Assembly: GCA_900128585.1 (NCBI GenBank)
Contig: LT642149.1
Location: 1 to 64,000, forward strand
Origin: Stramenopiles sp. TOSAG23-3
Taxonomy: Eukaryota
Length of the DNA: 64,000 nt
Direction: 5' to 3'
Part shown: positions 32,479-43,100 of the stretch, piece by piece
Layout of the letters: the number at the start of each line of letters is the position of its first letter
Numbering within the stretch: the first letter of the stretch is position 1
Notes under the pieces: generated by a model
The model's database searches: none
The model's input: only the letters and a program-made list of their open reading frames with translations
Told to the model about the DNA's origin: nothing
Made by a program: the position numbers and the translations under genes

Positions 32479-35400
32479 TTACTTTTTCTTATACTTCCCA
32501 CCAGCAGCTGCGTGAAAAGCAGCGGCCTTCATGTCCGATTTACTGGGTATAACTTTTGACAATTTCTTTACCGTTTCCAGTTTTTGTTTTGCACTGTGCG
32601 AGGCTCGTTTTTCTTTACCCCGTTTTCTAGCCTCGGCGTTTTGCTTGATTCGTAACTCCTTTGCGTTCTCTTTCTGCTTTCTGTCAAGGTCTTGTCGCAG
32701 TAGCTCCATTTTTTCTTCGGAGTCATCTTCCATTTCTGGCGTTTTTTCTTTGTGCTCTCGCTCCGCTTTTTCTTTCCTCTCTTTATGCTCTACAATCGTT
32801 TTAAACCTTTCCCAGTCTTTGATGTTTTGGGCAACGCTGTAAATTGTTCTTCCAATCCGAAGCATCATGGCAATCGCCCACACGTCTTTCAAGAACTTTA
32901 TGAAAGAAGCTTTGCTGATGTGGGGCTGATCGTTGTGATCTACCAGCGATTCTTCAGTTTCCAACGCCGCCGCTTCAAAAACAGTTTGTCGCAAGCAATG
33001 TTTTCCCGACTCATCCGCAGCCAAACACTCGTGTACTTGGTTTATGGAATACTCGGTCTCAATGTCCCGCCACATATTCTCACTCCCGGACACGACCGAG
33101 CGAAACAGCGCAAAGGAAATGCAAACGTCTTTCTCAACAACTTGGTTTGGAAATCTTTTGAAGACCTCTGTGCACATCTTCTTGTATCGGCCCTCTGCTA
33201 GTTTCCCGTCCATGTAGTTATCGTAGTAAACTACGTAGTTCTTGTCTACGTGCTCCTGGACAATGCTTAAAAAGACAAGGAATTCGGGCTTATTGAGCGT
33301 ACCTTCGTCGTCTAAAATCCCTCTCCTCCGAATTTCTTGTGTTGCAGTGCTTACCACGGTGGCACCCAAAACGTATTTCACCGCCTCACTCTCCAGCAGG
33401 CGCTTGTTTATCAGCTTGTTTTTTTTCATGTTGATTTCAAAATCGCTAAATAGAATGGTTTTCGAGTCCGATTCCAGTTCTTCAAAAACGACTTTGCATA
33501 CGTCGACCAGTTCTTCAAGGTTTTGTTTCTCAATGAACGCACTGAATTCCTTCGGCTTTACCATACGGTCACCATCGAGGTCTATATCATCAAAAAATGT
33601 TGTATCCATGATCTCATGGTCCTCTTGAGTGAATTGAGTGAGTTCTTTTAGTACGGCCGGGACTATTTTTAGTTGGCACGACTTCTTAAATTCTTTCATG
33701 ATATCCTTGCTCTTCATACCCTCAAGAAGCTCTTCGGAGTTTAACTTCCCATCTTTGTCATGATCAATCAAATCGAATATATTTTTAACCACTCTATCCT
33801 TTGTCAGAAACGTTTTTTCGTCGACCGCTTTCAGAACATCCTCTTCTTTCTCCAGCTCTATCTTAGCTTCGTCAGCACATTCTTTGCACAACTTCAACAC
33901 GTTTTCTGCATGTTCGTACATGTCTTTCAACGATATCTCTTTCGTCGTTTCTTCTGGTATGGTTTCTTTCGTAAAGAAATCTTTTTTTCCGTTCGGTAGC
34001 TTGTGTAGGCCAAGGGTCTTCTGCAACCGTTTTTTCACTTTTACATTGGGCGAATCCATTTCGCTCCACAGGTCTTCAAGTCGCTCTACCATCACTTTGT
34101 TCTTCCAGCTCGGTGCGCGCCGCTTCCCACTGCGAGGATCGCGTTTTTCTTCCGCTTCTATGATTTCTAGCATGTGATCGTGAAACGTTTCGCAAAAGAA
34201 GCCAAACCCTGAAATGTCCCTAAAGTCGCACATTTCAATTTCAAGCTCTTCGATATCGATTTCCAGCCATTCGATGGACTTCCGCCACGCTATCTTTGCA
34301 GTTCTCTTTTTCTTGAACGGCTTTTGGTTTTCTCGATTATCCTTAATCTCTTCGCTTAGTGCGTTCACTTTGGTGGCACATGCCTTAACTTCAGTAAGCC
34401 GTTCTTGGCAATGCTTTCTATGAACTGCTAAGGACGTTTGCGCATCGTTCAACATTCGTACGATAGATTCTTTATGCTTCCTTTTTGCTTCATCTGTCTC
34501 TCCCTCTCGAGCAATACCATGCTGATGTTGTGCCGATTTCTTCGCTGATTCTCTATCAACGTTCTTTTTCTTGATTCTTTCGGCTCTAGATTTTTCTTTT
34601 TGGAGGTAAATCTTTTGCTTCGTCTTTTTCGCCAAGTGCTTGTCTTTTAGGGCTTTTGTCTCTTCCTTGATCCTCGCTGTTATTTTTTCTTCTCGGATTC
34701 TCATTTTTTCTTCTTGTTTCTTACGCTTGGCCGCCGTCACTTTCTTCTTCGCCTCGCGTTTTTTTCTGACCTGTGCCTGGGCCATCGCTTTGATTTCTTC
34801 ACTAGAAGCCCGTGGGTCAACCCCGTCATCTGCCCGTTTTTTCTCTATTTGCTTCTTTACTTTCTTAAACCAATCTTCGCTGTCTTTCTGTTTTTTATCC
34901 CTTATGACCTTTTCTTCATCCAGTTTCTTTTGCTTTTCTTTCATTTCCTTTTTCCTCCGCTTTTCCTCCTCTTTTTCTCTTGCCTTTTTGATCTTGGCCA
35001 TCCTCTCCTCAAATTCCAATTTCCTATCCTTCCGTTTCTTTTCTCGGTGGGCCATTATTTTTACGTGCTTGTCCCCGTGTTTGACTCGGAGCATGTGGTT
35101 TTCATCATGCACCGGTGCGTTTGAGCTCTCATAGAACGCTTCCTTTTCTTTCCGTTTTCTTTCAAATTCGATAGAAAGCCGCAAGGACCGGGATTCTTTG
35201 AATGTTATTCTCGCCCTTGCGACCCCAAATTCGATCTCATTGTCTTCGTAAAGCACCCCATAACCGTTGTCATACATTCTCGACCTTCTTGGATATTTGC
35301 TGGTCATATGGTCATCTTCTATGCACATTATCATCATGCGATAAAAACGCCTACGATCATTGCTTTCTGGGTTGACGTCTTCTTCGAACCACCTGAAACC

Positions 35401-36279
35401 CTGCTTTGGTAGTTTCCCGTGCTCCTCCCAAATTTTGTTGCACGTGGTGCATATGGTCCCGGGACCGTCGGGGCCGTTTTTACGTTTTCCAGGCACCATC
35501 ATCCGGGTGCAGTGCTGGCAGCGGCCTTTGTACTCTGATTTGTCGAGGAGCGTCACGTCACTTTCTTCTTTGCCGTGCTGAAGCTTTGGTGGAAGGCCCT
35601 TATCAAAATACACAACTTTTCCACCGCGAACGAAATTGTGCTTAATGTGGCCCATGGACTTTGCGACTTCACAAAATACCTGAACTTTGCTCCCTAGTTC
35701 AAGAGGCGCCCCATCGTGGGGTAATATAGAAAGACACTTGTGTCTAGGAATTGTGGGAGACGACGGCAACCCCATTTCCCCTGTGGCCTCACGTTCAAAC
35801 GATGGGATTGGGGTCTGGACTTTTTTAGATCGCAGTCGATGTTTTCCCCCTGCCAATTGGGCCACGCGATCCCGTAAGTCCTGCAGCGCTCGGTTGTTTT
35901 CGTCAAACTCGGATTTTAGGGACTGAAAAACAGCTTTTTCCTTGCCATCCAGCGCAATGGGCATGTCCGGGCGCCGTCCCATAGGTTCATAGATAGCGGT
36001 GTCCCCTGGGCCAGAGTAACGGGAAATGTTGGGCTGAATATCGCCGTTCTCAGTGAGCACTTTTAACACCTCCGTTTTTGTAGTTTTGAAGCGTTGCACT
36101 TTCTGTCTTAGTTTCTTGGCCTTCTTCGCATGCGCTGCTTGTTTTTCCGGGTTCATGAGTTCATACTTTGTTGCCAGACTCTTCAAATCGTCATTGCGTT
36201 CAAAGGGGAACGTCCGCCTTTGCGTCTGTGGGTCGACCGGGGCGAGGTCAAAGCGCCCCTGAAGCTGATGGAACTCCAT
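32479..36279 (-). CDS. Large coiled-coil protein with GATA-like Zn finger and EF-hands
   Basis: CQHC-x19-CTTC containing NGPDGPGTIC; K/E-rich coiled coil; DHDKDGKLNSEE and DLDGDRMVKPKE EF loops; first ATG 36279. Confidence 0.8.
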   Translation of the reverse strand: MEFHQLQGRFDLAPVDPQTQRRTFPFERNDDLKSLATKYELMNPEKQAAHAKKAKKLRQKVQRFKTTKTEVLKVLTENGDIQPNISRYSGPGDTAIYEPMGRRPDMPIALDGKEKAVFQSLKSEFDENNRALQDLRDRVAQLAGGKHRLRSKKVQTPIPSFEREATGEMGLPSSPTIPRHKCLSILPHDGAPLELGSKVQVFCEVAKSMGHIKHNFVRGGKVVYFDKGLPPKLQHGKEESDVTLLDKSEYKGRCQHCTRMMVPGKRKNGPDGPGTICTTCNKIWEEHGKLPKQGFRWFEEDVNPESNDRRRFYRMMIMCIEDDHMTSKYPRRSRMYDNGYGVLYEDNEIEFGVARARITFKESRSLRLSIEFERKRKEKEAFYESSNAPVHDENHMLRVKHGDKHVKIMAHREKKRKDRKLEFEERMAKIKKAREKEEEKRRKKEMKEKQKKLDEEKVIRDKKQKDSEDWFKKVKKQIEKKRADDGVDPRASSEEIKAMAQAQVRKKREAKKKVTAAKRKKQEEKMRIREEKITARIKEETKALKDKHLAKKTKQKIYLQKEKSRAERIKKKNVDRESAKKSAQHQHGIAREGETDEAKRKHKESIVRMLNDAQTSLAVHRKHCQERLTEVKACATKVNALSEEIKDNRENQKPFKKKRTAKIAWRKSIEWLEIDIEELEIEMCDFRDISGFGFFCETFHDHMLEIIEAEEKRDPRSGKRRAPSWKNKVMVERLEDLWSEMDSPNVKVKKRLQKTLGLHKLPNGKKDFFTKETIPEETTKEISLKDMYEHAENVLKLCKECADEAKIELEKEEDVLKAVDEKTFLTKDRVVKNIFDLIDHDKDGKLNSEELLEGMKSKDIMKEFKKSCQLKIVPAVLKELTQFTQEDHEIMDTTFFDDIDLDGDRMVKPKEFSAFIEKQNLEELVDVCKVVFEELESDSKTILFSDFEINMKKNKLINKRLLESEAVKYVLGATVVSTATQEIRRRGILDDEGTLNKPEFLVFLSIVQEHVDKNYVVYYDNYMDGKLAEGRYKKMCTEVFKRFPNQVVEKDVCISFALFRSVVSGSENMWRDIETEYSINQVHECLAADESGKHCLRQTVFEAAALETEESLVDHNDQPHISKASFIKFLKDVWAIAMMLRIGRTIYSVAQNIKDWERFKTIVEHKERKEKAEREHKEKTPEMEDDSEEKMELLRQDLDRKQKENAKELRIKQNAEARKRGKEKRASHSAKQKLETVKKLSKVIPSKSDMKAAAFHAAAGGKYKKK

Positions 36280-37402
36280 TTGTTTCAAATTTGCTAGGAC
36301 AACACCTGACTATGAAATTACAAGAGCTAGAAAATAACTCTCCGTCTTTTTGTATTTACCGTTTTTTGACAGTCTAGCCAACTAGTTTGTCTACAATTTC
36401 AACATTCTTTTTATTGTCAAGGACGAACTGAAATGCAACCGAGTACTGGTAATTTTTTCCACGCTTTAGTTCAGTTCCCCCAATGCTATACTAGCAGTAT
36501 GAAAGAGAAGGAGGAATCTCTCATTTCATCATCATCATCAGTTTTTATTACTGTATTTTTATTATTATTATATTTATATTTATTTTTATTATAGCTATAA
36601 TAACAAACAAGGTATAACAGGAATTGGAAAGAGCAAAAAAAATTCTTAAAAATAACGGCAGGAGTAAAAAACATGAAGATAGTATGTATTCAAAATTGGC
36701 TGTTATTATTATTAGTCCTAGTTATACTTATGTACACTAACTATTGTATTACATTCTTCCATTACGCAATATTTCTTTTTGTTCTTTTCTTTCAAGTTCC
36801 TTTCCTTTTCTCCTTCTTCCTTCCTTCGAAGCAAAACAAAAGTACTATTATTAGTATACGTAATATAATTATTAATGTAAAACAATGCAATACACTTTCA
36901 ATAGTATTTATGTATTTTAAAACATTATTTATTATTAATTATTTGCCTATTACTTTTTATATTTTTACCTTTTATAACTACTAAATAAGAGGTATAATTT
37001 TCTATAATTACTTCGATCACCTCAGTCCTCGCTCAGTCTCAGTCCTCAGTCCTCCTCTATCTATATAAAATTATTATTATTATTATTATTAGCTATTTAT
37101 TAAAAAATATTCTTTATTAATAAAATAAATAATCGAAATTGATGATCATTATTATCAATATCAAATCACACACCTCTTATCATATGTTTATACTCATGAA
37201 TGATAAACAAAGAAAAGTTTTGTACTGCCATCGTAAGAAAGGAGGAATGGAGGGGGGAAAACAACGACTTTTGGAATTGATTTTCGTAGGCATTTAAATT
37301 GTTAGCTGTTGTTTAGGACCTGTGAATTTACAACTGAGTTAGTGTTTTGGCCAAGTTAGTGACCAGCAAGGAACAACAACCAGCCATTAGTGAACGAAAA
37401 AT

Positions 37403-38290
37403 ATGGCAGAGGAGGGAGATTTAGACGCAATTTTAGACAATGCGTTGGACGAGTTTACAGATGAGCTAGAAGATGGGGAAGGGGCAGGTGTAGAGGCCGC
37501 AATTTCCAAGGCTGCACGGGAGTCCGCGGCCGCGTCAGAGGCCCTTGACAAAGCGGGGCCTGGTCGAACCGACGTAATTGCTGACGGTATGGCAAAGCTA
37601 ATGGAAGACATGAAAAACCCAGAATTCTCCTCAACTTTGGAGGACACCTTCAAGAAACTGGCCAGCGGTGGGACCCCAGAAAGCCCATCAGACCCCTTTG
37701 CGGCATTGCACCAGGGTGGCAACCCCATGGACAAAAGCGTGGCTTCAACGTTAAAAATGATGTCAGAAGCATCCTCTGATATGGAGGGCATGGACACGGC
37801 GGCAGCGGAATCAATGGGAGAGGACATTATGAAGAAAATGATGGGAGAATTTGAAAAATTAGGGGAGAAGGAAGACTTTCAGGATATTATCGATGGTATG
37901 ATGAGGCAGCTACTATCAAAGGAAGTCATGTATGAACCCATGAGGGACATTACTTTGAAATTTCCGAAATGGCTGGCCGAGAACGAGGATTCCTTGTCAA
38001 AGGACGATTACGAACGTTATGGAAAAATGTACCAATATTTTCAGAAGATTGTTGCTGTCTACGAGAGCGAACCAAATAACTTCCAGCGCTTGATGGAGTT
38101 GATGCAGGACATGCAAGAGTGTGGACAACCCCCGGCTGAAATTGTTAAGGAGTTAGCCCCTGGCCTTGAGTTCGGCCCGAACGGCATGCCTCTCATGGCC
38201 AATATGGGGCCTGGTGTACCCATGCCAGGTATCCCAGGAATGCCTGCGTTTGGGGGAGCAGGTGGGCAAGAAGGCTGCAATGTTATGTAG
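37403..38290 (+). CDS. PEX19: Peroxisomal membrane protein receptor PEX19
   Basis: DLDAILDNALDEF (Pex3-binding), MMRQLLSKEVMYEPM..KFPKWL, MQECGQPPAEI, C-terminal CaaX CNVM. Confidence 0.95.
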   Translation: MAEEGDLDAILDNALDEFTDELEDGEGAGVEAAISKAARESAAASEALDKAGPGRTDVIADGMAKLMEDMKNPEFSSTLEDTFKKLASGGTPESPSDPFAALHQGGNPMDKSVASTLKMMSEASSDMEGMDTAAAESMGEDIMKKMMGEFEKLGEKEDFQDIIDGMMRQLLSKEVMYEPMRDITLKFPKWLAENEDSLSKDDYERYGKMYQYFQKIVAVYESEPNNFQRLMELMQDMQECGQPPAEIVKELAPGLEFGPNGMPLMANMGPGVPMPGIPGMPAFGGAGGQEGCNVM

Positions 38291-38514
38291 TTCTGACAGC
38301 TTAGAACACATTAAATTCTACGCACGAAGTAAGGGGATTCTTACTGTGCAAATATTAAGAGTGTAGCAATAATTAACACACTCTTTAATTTTAAAAACAA
38401 TAAGAGAATTAAGTGTCTCTCAAAAAGAATAAAAATATGATGTGAAGCAATTAAGATATGATAAGTCATAAGTATCTTACGTGCATGCTCTTCGTAACTT
38501 ACGCCGTTGACAAT

Positions 38515-39408
38515 TTATTCCTCTTCTTCAGTGGGGTCTATTCGCCATCTCTGACACTGCATAAACGCAACCATCGAAAAACCGTTAGCAAAAATACTGC
38601 GCATCGTCCCTGGGAGCAATCCACGGTAAAACCCCGCGAGCCCTTGGGTTTGGTACAACATGGAAGCCTGACGTAAAACTGACATTTTGCTTCCCTTATT
38701 TGCTTGGACGTGGTTTTTGATCGCTTCGGATGGCCAAATGGTCATCCACGCAATCGTCGCAATGATAGAGCCTTTTAAAAAATCTCCCGTTACTGGCGTG
38801 CCCATAACATCAGGAAAAAAGCGAACGGCATAATCGAAGCCAACTAATGCAGTCGATAGCAGCCCTACCGAACGAAGCCACATTGCCCCAAAGCCATGAT
38901 AGGCATCTCTAACTACAAAATTTGTCGAAGAGCTCAGACTGATTTGACGACGAATTTTCACTACTTCCAGCGGGCACTCGATCAGTGCTCGGATAGTACC
39001 AGCACAGAGGGAGCCTACCAAGACCGACGAACGCAGACCAAATGTTCCAGGAATCGCATCGCCAGCCTCTGGAAACACCTCTTGGCTCTTTGCAAAGCCA
39101 TAACCGTAAGCCGAAAACTGAGCACTGCGAAAAACTGCAGAGCCAACCAGCATCGGAAACATACCACTGTACAACCCGCGGGGACCACTGTCCCTTAAAA
39201 TACTTTTTGCGGCGCCTACCATCGATCTAATATCTAACACTTGCATGCGAGTCTTCACTGTATCAAACGGATGACCGACGAGCACGCTCGTTACCCCAAA
39301 AGTCGCACCGCATAAAAGACCAAAAAATGCCTCACGTTTACTGTCCCCAGAAGAGGCCAACGCCCCGCTTTGGATTCCCCCACCTGGACGTTTACCCTTT
39401 TCTTTCAT
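38515..39408 (-). CDS. Mitochondrial carrier family (SLC25) protein
   Basis: Three Px[DE]xx[KR] signatures: PFDTVKTRMQ, PLEVVKIRRQ, PSEAIKNHVQ; GLAGFYRG. Confidence 0.92.
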   Translation of the reverse strand: MKEKGKRPGGGIQSGALASSGDSKREAFFGLLCGATFGVTSVLVGHPFDTVKTRMQVLDIRSMVGAAKSILRDSGPRGLYSGMFPMLVGSAVFRSAQFSAYGYGFAKSQEVFPEAGDAIPGTFGLRSSVLVGSLCAGTIRALIECPLEVVKIRRQISLSSSTNFVVRDAYHGFGAMWLRSVGLLSTALVGFDYAVRFFPDVMGTPVTGDFLKGSIIATIAWMTIWPSEAIKNHVQANKGSKMSVLRQASMLYQTQGLAGFYRGLLPGTMRSIFANGFSMVAFMQCQRWRIDPTEEEE

Positions 39409-40141
39409 ATTTCTAACAACCCGCTCTTTTCCTTTTAAAATCAGATAGAAGCAGAAAGTATTTTTGTTTGTTGTATGTCTTCAACATGCATCATTGTAGG
39501 ACAATGTTTAATCTTTCAACACACAATTTTAATTGTACGCATAGACTCTATAGAAGATTTTTTTATTCAACAAAAATTATTTGCCCACATTTGTAATAGA
39601 GAACGACGAAGATGATTTTTTTTTTTTAGTAAGTATAGTAGTTTTTTTTTTGTTAGTACGCGACATTTGGTTAGAAATTAGGGTACGACCGTAGAGTATA
39701 TTAAAATTAAAAACGTTCTTTTGCAGTTACATTTTGATAAAAAGTAAATCGACGACGACCGCCATACTATCCCGGTATTAATATTTAATAAATTACAACA
39801 TCGCCGAAAGGAAATCTTACGATCATGTATAATTAATACAAGAGAACAGCATTAAAAAAAATGGTGAATCGTTATTTTTTTTGGTGTGTGTTGCTGTTAT
39901 TATTTCGGCAGTAGTAGTATATATAATAATAGTATTAGGTATTTTTTTATTCTTATGTGCCAAGCAAGAATCAACCACCCCGTTTGAAATTGCTTTGGAC
40001 CGAAAAGTTGCTCTTGGCATATGAAGATTTCCCTTTCCCGTCCTAAAATTTTACATACGACGTATATCGTGAAGGAGGTTATTCTGAGAACTTATTCTAC
40101 AAAAGTCGAGGAAAGCAGGCGGTTCCTACTGGTAGAAAAGG

Positions 40142-43100
40142 ATGTCGTTGAGGGACGAGCTTTTGAGGGAGAGTAAAGCTCTCGCAAGCAACTTGGAAGA
40201 TATTAAGAACGTCGCGGGGGATACAGACCTACTACGCCAGACATCGCGCGTGCTCGCTCTTGCTGCAAAATGTGTCGGAATAATGGGAAACGATAAACCG
40301 GGGGCAGCATACAAACCCCCCGAAAGCAAAGCGCTTGGTCGCACACTTTATACTCGAGACCGAAGAACGACGGCAGAGACAAATACAGGGTACGTTGGCG
40401 CTTTCGAGGGGGAAAGAAACATTGCTAGCGCGTTTGTTTCTAACCGAGAAGCTCTTTCCAGAAAACTCGTTGCGCAGACTACAAGGGCAGATAGAATGAA
40501 CCACCATGCTAAAGTTTGCATGTCCAAACTATCCATTGAATCAGAACGGTTCCAAAGGGCCGAGAAACTTTTAGAAAGTAAGCTGTTGGTGGCTCAGAAC
40601 GACAAGAAAAAGCTGCTGAGAATAGGTCAGCGGCAGGAAGCAACTATAGACGAACAGGCACGCATTATTGAAGGACTGAAATACAAACTCAAACGCCGAT
40701 GGGATACGGATCCAATCATTGATATTTCTCCGCGAACTAGAAACATTGCAAAAAATGTAGTTGCAAAGAAAAAGAAGTCAAAAAAAAAGTCAAAGGTGCG
40801 AGGGGCGAGTGCCACGGGTGTGGCCGCTGGCAAGGAGGACCCGTCTTCGCTCCCACCGACACACAAGAGCGCTGAGCTGGTCCCAACTCGTCCAGCCCCT
40901 GCCTCCGATGTGGTAGAAAAGGAAGATCAGTTTGAGGAATGCATAGAAAGCGCAAATGCTTCCTTTCATCGATTATGCCCATTTATTTTTGACAACCATG
41001 AATTAGAATGCAGAGTCATTCGCCAGATTGAAGATGCTGTGAAAACCGCCATCGCGAACAGTGACATCGAAATCGAAATACAATTTGGTAAAGGCAACAA
41101 CTCAAGCACAGAAACTTCCTCGGACATGTATGGAAAATCGAAGACTCTGAAGATGAGGGTTAGGTGGAGGGAATTAGATGAAGACAAGTCGATGTTGCAG
41201 GCATGCTTGTTGAACCAAAACAGGGAAGAATGCGTCATTGTGACTCTACGAGCAGGAGAAGGCGGGGTACAGGTCATAGACCGGACAGGTGTAGAAAAGG
41301 TAATGCTAGGATTGGGGTCATCTTTGGAGTCTTTTTATTACAGTTCTCTTCTGGCGAAAGCATCACAAGACTGTTTTCATGCCGCTGCGGTATCAAAGAA
41401 CTCTCTAGAATTGTGGGAAGCACTAGAGTCAATCATTTCAAATTGCTTGAGCATAAGTGAGTGCAAGCTCTATCAAGTCGACCCTGACAGGGGCCATCTG
41501 GTACGCATCACAAAGAAAATAGACGACACTGTAAAAGAAGCTTCCAGGTTTACCCGAAAATTACAAGATAGTATATTCGTCAACGAAGTGACTCATGCCT
41601 CAAAGCTAAAAACGGTAGAGCTGAGATACAAATTATCAGACGGAAAATGTGTATTTGGTAAAATTGGTTCTACGTATAGAGGCTACGCGATACGTGTTGT
41701 GCGAAATAGGGAGGGGGAAATTGCAATGCATAAGCTGAAAGACCCAAATTTTGTGGCATATGCACCGTACAATTGTGTAATGGTGATCCCTATTTTTGCC
41801 GACAACAATGCTATTTTGGGTTGCATCGAGTGCATGGGAAATCATGAGTTCACGGCCAAAGAACAAGCTTTCGGCGCAATGCTGTCTTCCAAGGTTGCCG
41901 TAATGATCACGATGAATAAGAAATTAGAGAACATGAAGTTACAGGTAAAAACAAAATCCTTGTTGCTTAATGCATTGAAACCAGAAAACCTAGCCAAATT
42001 GTCGCTGCCGTCGCTTCTCGAAACATTAACAATGAAAACAAAGCTTGTTCTAAATGCCGAGCGTTGTGTATGGTATATCTTGGACAAGGACAGGGGAGTT
42101 TTGTGGTCCCAACTGATTCGAGAGGGGAAAAAGATCAAACTTAAACTGAGCAGCAAAGGTATTGTTGGGAGAGTCTTTCAAACGAAATCATCTATAAATG
42201 TTAGGAATGTCAAGGAATATCTAAAGGAAAAACACGATTCAAAGGATCCGTTGTGCATCGGTGAAACGATAGTATCGAAGGATTATTTATCAATCGTCGG
42301 AAGTGTCAAATCTACGCTTGCGATCCCAATGATTGGGGAGGACAAATCTATAATGGGCGTTGTCCAAGTTTTCAACAAACAGAATTCTCATTTTGGGTTC
42401 GGGGCCGAAGACCAAACGAACTTGGAAATTATTTCTCGCCATGGGTGCGTGGCAATCCAAAATTCGTTTGTTCTAAAAGAAGCCCATAAAAGCAATTCGA
42501 TCGGACTAGACTTTACGTCCGACGTCAAAGCTGTCGATGTACTAAACCGTGTGATTACGCTGCTGCTGCGAGATACTCACGCAGAGCACGCTGTGATCTA
42601 CATGTACAACAAAGAGGACCATTTTATGCAACTGTATAACCCGCGACAAAAAACTAACTCGGAAGATAATAGTGGGGTTGTGGAGTGGAACTCCGTTAGC
42701 ACTGATGGTTTGGCTGGTCAGTGTGCTGCGACGGGTGCGACTATTAACGTGGAGGACGGAACTTTTAAATTCGACGCTCGCGTTAACAAAGAGGTAAACC
42801 GCCTGGTTATGGGAATGCAGGATGCAACTTTGGCACTGCAACACGTTACTGCAACTTTGCTGGAACCTGTGAGAAACGAAAAAGGCAATGTCATCGCTGT
42901 TTTGCAAGTGATCAATAAGAACAAGACTTACAGCAACCGTGGAGCTTTCTCATTCGACAGAATAGACTGTACCCGTATCCATAACATAGCATCGCAAGCT
43001 GCCATATCGCTTCAAAATGCCCTGCTTCACGAAGAGGCGGCCAATTCCCACTGGAGAATGAGGGAGCTTCTAGACACCAGCCTGAGCTTGACACGAGAGC

